From: Candidatus Omnitrophota bacterium
GTDB taxonomy: Bacteria; Omnitrophota; Gorgyraeia; JAFGHF01
Assembly (NCBI GenBank): GCA_020341815.1
Contig: CP070837.1
Span: 8,034 to 72,033 of the forward strand
Reading direction: 5' to 3'
Length of the DNA stretch: 64,000 nucleotides
The notes beneath the pieces were generated by a model that did not search any database, had not been told where the DNA came from, and saw nothing but the letters and a program-made list of their open reading frames with translations. The stretch's first letter is position 1. Every line of letters begins with the position of its first letter. Below are positions 19,847-28,537 of this stretch, piece by piece. Made by a program: the position numbers and the translations under genes.

Positions 19847-20638
19847 TCAAAAACCAACTTTGTATTTTTTCAGAAATAAATCTAATTCTTGTTTCTTTCC
19901 TAGTTCAAATAAATCATTATATACAGATAGGAATGTATGCATGTATTCAATTGTTAAAATCATATTTGTTATTATATTGCAATATGATGGGTCAGAAGAA
20001 AAATATGTATATTCTTCAGTACGCTTCACTTCTTGGATGATTCCAAGCATTGAGGGGTGTGAAATTAAGCAGCACATACGATATACAAGATTATATTCAT
20101 TTGACATACCAACTACTTCGGCCATTCTTTCAACGGATTTCCCCGACCAAGTAGAAAGACCATTTTTAACTTTAAAATTTACTTTATATTCTTTAACTTT
20201 AGCCAAAATTTCGGGTTCTTTTGATAGAATTGATTTCTGTAACTTTTTGCTCTCAACTTGTTTATTTGTTTTCCAATATTTCAATTGCTTTCTCATCAGT
20301 AGCCATTTGTATTCTTCAAATCTTTGAGCAAGCTCATTAGGATTTTTATTCAAAATTATATATTTTGTAGTAATCAAATTTTCTAATAGTGATCTCATAA
20401 GTATTAGGGCGCTCATACCATGACCTTCTTGGCAGAGCAAATCAATAGATTTATAATGTCTAATTGATGTATTAAATAGATATAGAAAGGTGTTCTTATA
20501 TTTTGGTATTCTGCTTGGTCGAAAGTTATTTGATGATTGATTAAAGACGATAAGTAATGTGTCTATTAAATGATATAAATTATCGGCGCATTCAAATAGT
20601 TCTTTATTTTTTTTAAGATTTTCATGTTTAAAAGCCAT
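19847..20638 (-). CDS. DUF5677-like / HEPN-like helical protein
   Basis: SALILMRSLLENLI and Y..VYRMCCLISHPS patterns. Confidence 0.6.
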   Translation of the reverse strand: MAFKHENLKKNKELFECADNLYHLIDTLLIVFNQSSNNFRPSRIPKYKNTFLYLFNTSIRHYKSIDLLCQEGHGMSALILMRSLLENLITTKYIILNKNPNELAQRFEEYKWLLMRKQLKYWKTNKQVESKKLQKSILSKEPEILAKVKEYKVNFKVKNGLSTWSGKSVERMAEVVGMSNEYNLVYRMCCLISHPSMLGIIQEVKRTEEYTYFSSDPSYCNIITNMILTIEYMHTFLSVYNDLFELGKKQELDLFLKKYKVGF

Positions 20639-20818
20639 ATTTTTATATTCACTTCATATAATGCTTGAGATAATCTGTCTTTTTCGCATAGCTAAAAAAG
20701 TTAGATTGAGCGATTTGATAAAGGTTTAATTTATAAATATTTCACATAAAATCAGGTGACAATACCTATTTAGTAATTAAGTATTGTCCCTCGATTTGTG
20801 TCATTTTCGCTCTCTTGT

Positions 20819-21157
20819 TTAAGGTAAAGCTACTGGTACGCTAAACTTAATTCGGCTTACTGAGGAATTCTCTTTGCGGGATTCACCTTGACTGCCAAGT
20901 CCGACTGATCCAACAAAAACACCAATGCCACCTTTTGTGCCCTGTCGTTCCACTGCAGTTATTGCTACATCAAATTCAACTATAGTTACAGTTTTATGGC
21001 CGCTCATTTTCATCAGGCCTTGTTTCACAATATCTTTTGTATCCCCCCAAACACCTGGATTAATGTCGGCACCGGATGTGGATTCAGATTCCTTAGCATT
21101 TTTAATGCCTGTAATTAACTCTTCTAAGGTTTTTGACACAAAGTCACTTAAATTCAT
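20819..21157 (-). CDS. Trypco2-like small protein
   Basis: L.DFV..TL.EL, VEFDVAIT, glycine-rich GGIGVFV, SRIKFSVPV. Confidence 0.6.
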   Translation of the reverse strand: MNLSDFVSKTLEELITGIKNAKESESTSGADINPGVWGDTKDIVKQGLMKMSGHKTVTIVEFDVAITAVERQGTKGGIGVFVGSVGLGSQGESRKENSSVSRIKFSVPVALP

Positions 21158-21289
21158 ATGGATCCTCCTATTGAAATCTGGAAATCTGAAATCTAAAAAT
21201 CCGTATGCTTTAGATTACGGGAACATAATATTTATTTATTAGATTTTAAAGCTAATTAAGTGTTGATCCCTAGAATTTTCCGATTGGTT

Positions 21290-22381
21290 TTATTTTCCAG
21301 ATTTTGTTCGGTTATCTTGTTTGCACAACATTTGACAATTTTCTGCAACAGTCTTTCCACCTTCATGCCATGGCTTTATATGATCAGCTTCCATTCCTTC
21401 TATCTCAAAGCGTTTCTTGCATTTTACGCATTTACCTTTTTGCCTTTCATATGCTTCTCTCTTTTGTTTATCTGTGAATGCTCTAATATTCAAAAATTTC
21501 TCATTTCGGGTTAAAATATATGGATAAATTCCGGATTTCTTCGTTACTTCGTCATCTAGCATTAATTCTTTGATTTCAGTTTCCAATTTATTAGAGTTCA
21601 GTCTCTTCTTTTTGAACTCGTTATGCAGCCCGCCCCATTGCACACCACTCATTTCTCGGCGATAATTTATAAAAGTCTTTCGCACCCACTCAATCACATC
21701 TTGAAAGTATTGCCATAATTCTTCAGCATTCTGACTATGCTGATGTTTGGCCATATAATCTTCTATCTTGCCATTGTTAATCCACGAAAGTGCAGTTTCT
21801 AAATACTCTTGTCGTATTGGCGATCCACTTACTAATTGTCCCCCATCATTTGCTAGAAGGTATGCTGCACAATTTGATTTGCTAAATTTCAATTTAGCGT
21901 CGCTCAACCATGGCCCAGTATAAACTGCATTGCGTATTTCTTGATCAGTCAATTTTACACCGGCAATGTTGATAATCCTAAACCAGTCTAACCGCTCTTT
22001 GTCTGTGCCTTCGCAGAAGTAAATCATTAGTTCATAATCCAAAATTTTATCCTGCTCCTCTTTGGTTAGATTATGAAAAAAGCAGTTATTCAGTGAAAAA
22101 TCGTTATAAACATATTGTCCTATACTAATAGTGCGCTGTTGGCCGTCCAGCATTTCGTAGCCGCCATCTTCTCTGATCATCCAATACATCACATTCAGCG
22201 GAAAGCTGTTTTTGATAGTTTCTATCACGGCATTACGTTGCTTTTCCTTGTATACAAACTCACGCTGATATTTTGGACGAATATTCAATTTGCCGTCATA
22301 AGCCGTCACGCCTTCTTCAGCACTATCTTTATAATCGGCTATTACCTTACGAATTGGAATTTTATGTAGATCGATTTTCAT
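21290..22381 (-). CDS. DUF262 (ParB-like/GmrS) + HNH endonuclease
   Basis: RPKYQREFVY, LDGQQR, F.IIN; C-terminal CVKC...ADHIKPW.EGGKT..NCQMLC..DN. Confidence 0.88.
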   Translation of the reverse strand: MKIDLHKIPIRKVIADYKDSAEEGVTAYDGKLNIRPKYQREFVYKEKQRNAVIETIKNSFPLNVMYWMIREDGGYEMLDGQQRTISIGQYVYNDFSLNNCFFHNLTKEEQDKILDYELMIYFCEGTDKERLDWFRIINIAGVKLTDQEIRNAVYTGPWLSDAKLKFSKSNCAAYLLANDGGQLVSGSPIRQEYLETALSWINNGKIEDYMAKHQHSQNAEELWQYFQDVIEWVRKTFINYRREMSGVQWGGLHNEFKKKRLNSNKLETEIKELMLDDEVTKKSGIYPYILTRNEKFLNIRAFTDKQKREAYERQKGKCVKCKKRFEIEGMEADHIKPWHEGGKTVAENCQMLCKQDNRTKSGK

Positions 22382-22382
22382 A

Positions 22383-23435
22383 TTATTTTTTCACTTTCTT
22401 GTTTTTAATTAAAATACGAGCATATATTTCTTGACCATTTATCGTAAATCTCTTTCCATAATTCGGATTATCTTTGACATACCTATCAATACCAATAATT
22501 TCAAACTGCTCGGGGTTATATTTATCAACAAATGTAATTGGAACACCCATTACACCTTTATAATCCATTGGGATATCAATGTATCTATTTATATTAATAG
22601 CATTGTAGCTATCATATTTAGGATAATCCTCTGGGCTATATTTTTTATATAAAGTTAATTCTTCATGACGTTTTGCAGTATCCAAATTTGTAAACCACAG
22701 AATACGACCCATACTTAAATATTTCACACCGTTTTCAATCTTCTTCCTTGATTCTGTTGGTATGTCATAATCCATGGGTACCTGGAACCACTTCGTGCCA
22801 CCGTTATCATAACCAAGCCACAATTTATTTTCTTTGATATAGCCGAAAATTTCTTTATAAGAAATAGCGTTCTGATCACCAAGAATCAAAAACTTCTTGT
22901 TATATTCCATTAGCTGTGCAACATATTCCCGAAACAGAGAAAAAGGCGGATTGGTTACAACTATGTCGGCTTGCTTGAGTAATTCTATACACTCATCGCT
23001 GCGGAAATCGCCATCACCTTCAAGGGGAGATGAAGTATTAACATCATGTCTTAGCAACCACTCTACATCTGTAATATCAACAGCGCCGTCGGCATTAACA
23101 TCTGAAATCTCCCTTATTTCAATTTTAAATGGCTCTTTGCCTTTCGGCTTTAACCCTTCCATTTCAAACAACAACAGCTGACCGCCCACAATTGGCGACT
23201 TAATATAGCTTGTGGTAATAAGCTTCTTTAGTTTTAGTGGTTTAAAATTAGCAGCGAAATATTTAAAAAAATTACTCTCAAAGGGATCATCGCAATTACA
23301 GTAAACAACCTTGCCACGAAATTGTTCTTTGTAGTGTCTTAGCTCTTTTTCAATATCAACGAGCTGGGTATAAAACTCATCTTTTTTTGCTTTGCTTGCC
23401 TTATGTAAGTTTTTATTTAAAGATTTAGTTCCCAT
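22383..23435 (-). CDS. EcoRI-family adenine-specific DNA methyltransferase
   Basis: KKDEFYT, VYCNCDDP, GDGDFRS.EC, IVVTNPPFSLFREY, MGVPITF. Confidence 0.9.
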   Translation of the reverse strand: MGTKSLNKNLHKASKAKKDEFYTQLVDIEKELRHYKEQFRGKVVYCNCDDPFESNFFKYFAANFKPLKLKKLITTSYIKSPIVGGQLLLFEMEGLKPKGKEPFKIEIREISDVNADGAVDITDVEWLLRHDVNTSSPLEGDGDFRSDECIELLKQADIVVTNPPFSLFREYVAQLMEYNKKFLILGDQNAISYKEIFGYIKENKLWLGYDNGGTKWFQVPMDYDIPTESRKKIENGVKYLSMGRILWFTNLDTAKRHEELTLYKKYSPEDYPKYDSYNAININRYIDIPMDYKGVMGVPITFVDKYNPEQFEIIGIDRYVKDNPNYGKRFTINGQEIYARILIKNKKVKK

Positions 23436-23469
23436 ATTTTTATTAGGATTTGGTCCTAATTACCTAATG

Positions 23470-23571
23470 TTACTTTCTTCCTACTAATTCATCCAAGCTA
23501 ACCCCAAAAGCATCGGCAATCTTAACCATGGTTTGAATTGTGGGTTGCTTTGCGATACTTTGTTCGATTAT
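23470..23571 (-). pseudogene. Truncated XRE HTH (controller-protein-like) remnant
   Basis: Reads IIEQSIAKQPTIQTMVKIADAFGVSLDELVGRK* without N-terminal half, directly upstream of MTase. Confidence 0.6.
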
Positions 23572-23659
23572 GTATTTTACTTGCCTTTGTCAAGAAATTA
23601 GTATTGCGTCCCCTGATCTGCATGATTCTGCGATTCTGTAGAGGAATATCCCGTTTATC

Positions 23660-24973
23660 TTATTGCTCAATCTTACAACCCTCCTTTGACACTCTTAACC
23701 ATCCATATTTCTTTGTAAAGATATCGAGTACATCATTATTTGTAATTTCTCCCTGTTCTTTCAGATAGAGCAGATTTAATAGATCAATTGTCCTCATAAT
23801 TAACACCTTCTTTTCAACTGCTAACTTTACTTGCTCTGAATTTACTTCGCGCAATTTGTCTGCAATACTATTTGCTGATTTTATAAATGAATTCACAATT
23901 AATATAGTTGGAAATTTAGACGATTTCCCTCTGCGACCTCTATGTGAGTCTGCTTGATAAACATTAGGACTTTTAATATTTTCGTTTACTCCCTTTATTT
24001 CCAAAAGAGCTATCTCTTTATTATCTTTGTCAAGTATTGCTCTGTCTTCTATGTATTCGTCTTTTTTAGTATCTATGTTAAAGCTAAACCCTTCTTTCAA
24101 TACATCTACCACACTATCAACTAATGGATTATCACTATAACAAAGGCATCTTTTATATTTTTTATACACCTCTTTTCCTGCAAGTAGTGCCTCTATCTTA
24201 TTCTGTAATGCTACTTCTTTTTTCAAGATAGCTTCTTCTTCTTGAAACTTATAGTCGTCTACCCAAGATGGTATTTCTTGAACTAATTTCTTTGAAGTAG
24301 CCACTAAAGATGAAACGAGTTCCTTAAAAAAATGATCTATTTCGTCTATTGATGGTATCCGACACGGGATAATATAATGGCTGTCAAACAAAATGAAGCC
24401 CGCTAGAGTACGATAGCCTGCATCACAAATCTTTTTTACATACGGTTCAAAGAATGAATTATAGGAAAATTTTACCTTTGCTATGCCATAGTCTTTCAAG
24501 AATTGCAGAAATTCCCCTTTATAAGTCTTTGTAATTCCACAATCCCCACCTAAAGGATACCTATAGAAACCATCATAATTTAGAAGCAGTTTGCATAAGC
24601 CAGTCTGTTTCAGATTTAAGTCATCCTGACCTCTTATATAATCAACAAATTCTGAATGGATGAGGAAGCAAATAAATCCTCCTCTCTCGCGTAATTGTAA
24701 AGTTTGATTTCTTCTTTTTACTAATTCATCTCTCCGATATCGCAAATATTTTTGTGCATAGAGGCCATCTGTTGATTCAACACTTTCAAATGTAGACTGG
24801 AATAAAACTACGCCATTATAATCTTGAAACCTTTTAGCTGTTTCGAAAGGTTCAAAATCTATTTCAAAGTTTTTGGTTTTGATGGTTGACTGCGGAATAC
24901 TTAAGTCGAAACGCTCAATACCATATACAAGAATACGTGGTAAGGTAGAACCTTGAATTTGTTTAGCATCCAT
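23660..24973 (-). CDS. Hypothetical protein with putative C-terminal PD-(D/E)xK nuclease domain
   Basis: Coiled coil then EYIEDRAIL...LLEIKG...YQ pattern. Confidence 0.55.
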   Translation of the reverse strand: MDAKQIQGSTLPRILVYGIERFDLSIPQSTIKTKNFEIDFEPFETAKRFQDYNGVVLFQSTFESVESTDGLYAQKYLRYRRDELVKRRNQTLQLRERGGFICFLIHSEFVDYIRGQDDLNLKQTGLCKLLLNYDGFYRYPLGGDCGITKTYKGEFLQFLKDYGIAKVKFSYNSFFEPYVKKICDAGYRTLAGFILFDSHYIIPCRIPSIDEIDHFFKELVSSLVATSKKLVQEIPSWVDDYKFQEEEAILKKEVALQNKIEALLAGKEVYKKYKRCLCYSDNPLVDSVVDVLKEGFSFNIDTKKDEYIEDRAILDKDNKEIALLEIKGVNENIKSPNVYQADSHRGRRGKSSKFPTILIVNSFIKSANSIADKLREVNSEQVKLAVEKKVLIMRTIDLLNLLYLKEQGEITNNDVLDIFTKKYGWLRVSKEGCKIEQ

Positions 24974-25094
24974 TTATTTCACCTCATCTCTATGAAAACT
25001 ACAGGAAATTCTTTGGCCAGCAAAATCACATTGACTTTTATTTTACCCCTTTTTGTTGACTATAGCAAGGTAAAAGTACTTGGACAATGGAGAG

Positions 25095-25334
25095 TCATTT
25101 GGCCTTTTTAGACCAATGAAATAGGGCTATTTTGATGGAAATTGGGATTGGTTTGCCCTTTCGGGGCCTGCAATGACGTCTGAGGCGTAAAATCCAGCCC
25201 TTTGGAAACCAGATTTCCCTGCCATCAAACTCGATTAGGATGGCTTTGGGGGTTTCTTTGATGAGAAGGGCGTTTATCCAGACATATTCCGGGGGATTTA
25301 AGGCATATTTGAGCCAAAATTTGAGGCTAAACAT
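25095..25334 (-). CDS. Small hypothetical protein (MGE)
   Basis: KETPKAILIEF..EIWFPK pattern; overlaps upstream ORF. Confidence 0.55.
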   Translation of the reverse strand: MFSLKFWLKYALNPPEYVWINALLIKETPKAILIEFDGREIWFPKGWILRLRRHCRPRKGKPIPISIKIALFHWSKKAK

Positions 25335-25815
25335 AGGTTTTTCTTGCTTTTCTCAGGTTTCTAAGGCCTTCTTTTAGCCAATCTGGGGCAATATAAGGCT
25401 TTTCGCAAAGGGGTTTTGGCTGTTCAGTAAATTCGGATCTCCTTTTTCTGATCTTCTTAGTGGTAATTTCTTTATGGGCAGTGGCGCGGCGCTGCTTGAG
25501 CTCTATTCTGTCAACCGGAAGATCCTGGAGCTCTACCCATATCTTTGGCTTTTTGTTCTTGTGGCCGGAAACCATCCCCTTTTCAGTAGCAATCAGGCCC
25601 ATATCTTTGAGCTCTTGGCGTGCTTTGTATATTGTCGCATTGGCCAGGCCGGTGGCTTCTTTTAATGCTTTTGCTCCATAGCAGCTTCTGCCCTCTGCCC
25701 CACCTGCTAAGACATAAAGAATGTAGAGCTTGGCGGCTGAGGCGGACATTTCCTTTAAGAATCCTAATTCTTTAAGGTCCCTGTCTATCCAGCCAAATGG
25801 GTAAAGTGTTCTCAT
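25327..25815 (-). CDS. Winged-HTH protein, possibly replication initiator-like
   Basis: AKLYILY..., LKEATGLANATIYKARQELKDMGLI. Confidence 0.6.
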   Translation of the reverse strand: MRTLYPFGWIDRDLKELGFLKEMSASAAKLYILYVLAGGAEGRSCYGAKALKEATGLANATIYKARQELKDMGLIATEKGMVSGHKNKKPKIWVELQDLPVDRIELKQRRATAHKEITTKKIRKRRSEFTEQPKPLCEKPYIAPDWLKEGLRNLRKARKTYV

Positions 25816-26024
25816 AGTTTAAATATTCTATTTCAATATCTATTTAATACTTATATAGAGAGTTCAAATTTTGAACTATGCCCTGCTTAAAGCTGAGTTC
25901 AAAAATTGAACTATGCTTTAAAATAAAAAAAGGGAAGCTACCCTGCACCGTATGGTACAGAACAACTTCCCTTAATTTTGGTAACCTTTTATAACTGTTT
26001 AAGTTATAAAAGTGTCCGAATCGA

Positions 26025-26304
26025 TGGCGTCCCCGGTGTGATTCGAACACACGACCCTCTGCTTAGCATCCAGCATCAAGTTTCCCTGACCACTCCGAAT
26101 ACTCGGAGCTTGCTGGCCGGACTTTCTCTTGGGCGTCTCAGCCCCACCGCGTAAAGTCTCTACACTTCCCCAAAACTTTTAGGGTAGCTCGGTATTACCC
26201 AACTTGGGCGTCTACCGAATTAGCGGTGTCCACTTCATAAGTTTATTTCCCTATGAAGGCTCCTTATTGAAGGCAGATGCTCTATCCAGCTGAGCTACGG
26301 GGAC
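26025..26304 (-). tRNA. tRNA-Arg(TCT), intron-split (exons 26270-26304 and 26025-26066)
   Basis: Joined exons: GTCCCCGTAGCTCAGCTGGATAGAGCATCTGCCTT|CTAAGCAGAGGGTCGTGTGTTCGAATCACACCGGGGACGCCA. Confidence 0.92.
26067..26269 (-). ncRNA. Group I intron (IC3-like), 203 nt, no ORF
   Basis: P AAUUCGGUAGAC, Q AAUACCGAGC, R GUGUAGAGACUUUAC, S AAGAGAAAGUCC; P3 CACCGC/GCGGUG; terminal G; U.G pair in P1. Confidence 0.92.
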
Positions 26305-26308
26305 TCAC

Positions 26309-26383
26309 TCGGGACGGGCAGATTCGAACTGCCGACCTTCTGCTCCCAAAGCAGACGCGCTAGCCAAACTGCGCTACGTCCCG
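26309..26383 (-). tRNA. tRNA-Pro(TGG), no encoded CCA
   Basis: CGGGACG acceptor, TCTGC-TT TGG GA-GCAGA, GTTCGAAT. Confidence 0.93.
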
Positions 26384-26481
26384 TTCCAAAATACTGCCAA
26401 GCTTTGTGCTTTGGCAAGACTAATGCCATATAGCACTAGTCTACTTTTAAAAATCAACCATTGAAGTATTTTGGAACGGGA
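26379..26481. mobile_element. 103-bp MITE-like element, copy A
   Basis: TIR TCCCGTTCCAAAATAC, central palindrome, TACG duplicated on both sides. Confidence 0.8.
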
Positions 26482-26630
26482 TACGTCCCCATTCTGCAGA
26501 CATACCCTCTTCCAAAATACCACCACAGTTCTCTGATTATAGCTTAAAAACGGGCCTCTGTCCAGAAAAAACAGGGGGCCGCAGTTAACTGCAACCCCCT
26601 TTTTTTCTATTACTGGATTTTTATAACTTC

Positions 26631-27383
26631 TTACTTCTTGAATACGTTGTCCAGGAATTTCCCGGCTTTATCCTTTGCCCCAAAACCAAAAGCAATGGCG
26701 CTGGCTAAAATCAGGCCACCGAGGACAATGTCTTTGGATTTATCGGTCAGGATAGCCATAAATCCCAATTCTCTCAAGGCAAGCAGTCCGGCAACGACGA
26801 CAATGGCATATTTGGAAATATTGCCTAAGGTCTGTACCTGAGCAATTCTCATATTTCCCCCTACCACTGTGATGATGCCTGAGATGAATATTGCCAATAG
26901 AATTCCCAAAATTAGTACAAATGCAGCCGCAATCACATGTGGGATATAGGAAAGAACCTGGGCGATAAGAGGACTTGTGCTTAAACCATAGTATTCCAAA
27001 GCAGTAATTAAAGTGGCAATGATAATCAGGAAGAAAATTATCTCTGTAATCAATGCGCTCAGAGATAGTCCTACGCCGCCCTTCTTGAGAATTTCCGGAA
27101 CGCCCGCTCTTTTGGCTAATTTTTCCAGCCGAATAATCTTAAGCAATCCTTCTACTAAAGCCGCAATCCCTACAGCAACCAAGCTACCTACGAGAAGAAT
27201 AAACAGAAGCCCTACCAGCTTTGGCAAATATGCGCTCAATCTATCAAATGCGGCCCTGGCCGGCATCCATACAGCTGCGCGAAAACCGCTCTGCACAACA
27301 ATCTCCTCCTTTGCAGCAAAGGCAGGAATTACTATTGCACCCAGTAGAAAGAAAAGAAGAATGCCTGTTCCTACTTTTTTCAT
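26631..27383 (-). CDS. Conserved TM-helix repeat / small mechanosensitive-channel-like (CmpX-like) protein
   Basis: YLPKL / YIPHV repeats, AIAFGFGAKD. Confidence 0.75.
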   Translation of the reverse strand: MKKVGTGILLFFLLGAIVIPAFAAKEEIVVQSGFRAAVWMPARAAFDRLSAYLPKLVGLLFILLVGSLVAVGIAALVEGLLKIIRLEKLAKRAGVPEILKKGGVGLSLSALITEIIFFLIIIATLITALEYYGLSTSPLIAQVLSYIPHVIAAAFVLILGILLAIFISGIITVVGGNMRIAQVQTLGNISKYAIVVVAGLLALRELGFMAILTDKSKDIVLGGLILASAIAFGFGAKDKAGKFLDNVFKK

Positions 27384-27496
27384 TATTTCACCCCCTTCCT
27401 AATTATAATTGACTATTATACCACAAATCTGCGCTTGGTAAAGCTTTTTTTCTAAATTATTTGTGCTGATGTCAGTTATATGATATCATAAAATCC

Positions 27497-28537
27497 ATGC
27501 AAAACAAAATAAAAAATAAAATAAATAAGGAACTCGCCCGCTCTCTATGCAATTTAGAGAAGACCTACTCTCTAAGGAAAGCCTCACCTCTTCTCTCTAA
27601 AGCTATAAAGGAGCTGGTATTAGGAAAAGGCAAAAGACTAAGACCCGCTCTTTTCATTATCGGCTATCTGGGTTTTGCCAAAACCCCTGCCGCCGGCCTC
27701 TACAAAACTGCCGTATCTTTTGAGCTGTTGCATGATTTTTTCCTTGTGCATGATGATATAGTGGATAAAGCAGACAAAAGACGGGGTAAACCCGCGATGC
27801 ACAAGAGCTTTGATAATTATTTAAAGAACGCCTCTTCCGCCAAATTCAACGGCCAGGACCTGGCAATTATTGCCGGCGATGTCCTCTATGCCCTGGCTAT
27901 AGAGAGCTTCCTTTCGATAAAAGAAGACGCGAAACTAAAGCAAAAAGCCTTACAGAACTTCCTTAAGGCTGCGATCTCGACAACCACAGGAGAGTTCATT
28001 GAGCTTTTAAGCGGCCTCAAAGGTATAGAAAAGATTTCCTCAGAGGATATATACAAAATATATGACTACAAGACTGCCCGTTATACATTTGCTTCGCCTT
28101 TATCCTGTGGGGCTATACTTGGCGGGGCAAATAAAAAAGAAATAGACAGGCTTTATCGCTACGGGATATATCTGGGCAGAGCCTTTCAGATCAAAGACGA
28201 TGTCTTAGGGATGTTTGGCGAGGAAAAGGAAACCGGAAAGCCGGCACTTACCGACCTGCAGGAAGCAAAAAAGACCATACTTCTGTGGCACGCCTACAAT
28301 AATTCAGGCAAAGAATATAAATCGGCAATTAAAAAGATTTTATCAAAAGATAAGATAGACCGCAGCGATTTATTAAAGATGCGCGAAATCATTAGCGCAT
28401 CAGGCACCCTGGATTTCGCGGGGGATGAGATTATTCATTTCACAAGGAAAGCTAAAACAATAATCAAATCTTTAAAGATGCACCCCAGATACAAGGAACT
28501 TCTCGGCAGCTATTCTCGCCAGTTGCTCACCTTATAA
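27497..28537 (+). CDS. Polyprenyl diphosphate synthase
   Basis: GKRLRP, LVHDDIVD..RRG, YKTA, FQIKDDVL. Confidence 0.92.
   Translation: MQNKIKNKINKELARSLCNLEKTYSLRKASPLLSKAIKELVLGKGKRLRPALFIIGYLGFAKTPAAGLYKTAVSFELLHDFFLVHDDIVDKADKRRGKPAMHKSFDNYLKNASSAKFNGQDLAIIAGDVLYALAIESFLSIKEDAKLKQKALQNFLKAAISTTTGEFIELLSGLKGIEKISSEDIYKIYDYKTARYTFASPLSCGAILGGANKKEIDRLYRYGIYLGRAFQIKDDVLGMFGEEKETGKPALTDLQEAKKTILLWHAYNNSGKEYKSAIKKILSKDKIDRSDLLKMREIISASGTLDFAGDEIIHFTRKAKTIIKSLKMHPRYKELLGSYSRQLLTL

Larger units (their letters stand above)
15744..26036. mobile_element. Integrative element 1 (~10.3 kb) in the tRNA-Arg(UCU) 3' end
   Basis: 14-bp core GATGGCGTCCCCGG at 15744 and 26023; serine recombinase next to att; XRE regulators; AT-rich cargo. 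Confidence 0.88.

Noticed and set aside
15744-26036. Prophage or conjugative element
   Set aside because: No capsid, terminase, tail, relaxase or T4SS genes recognisable.
25844-26050. 68-aa ORF MFESHRGRH...
   Set aside because: Starts inside the tRNA-Arg T-arm; a shadow of the tRNA and att region.
26504-26520. Extra TTCCAAAATAC as a fifth MITE copy
   Set aside because: Only a partial single end without partner TIR or central palindrome.
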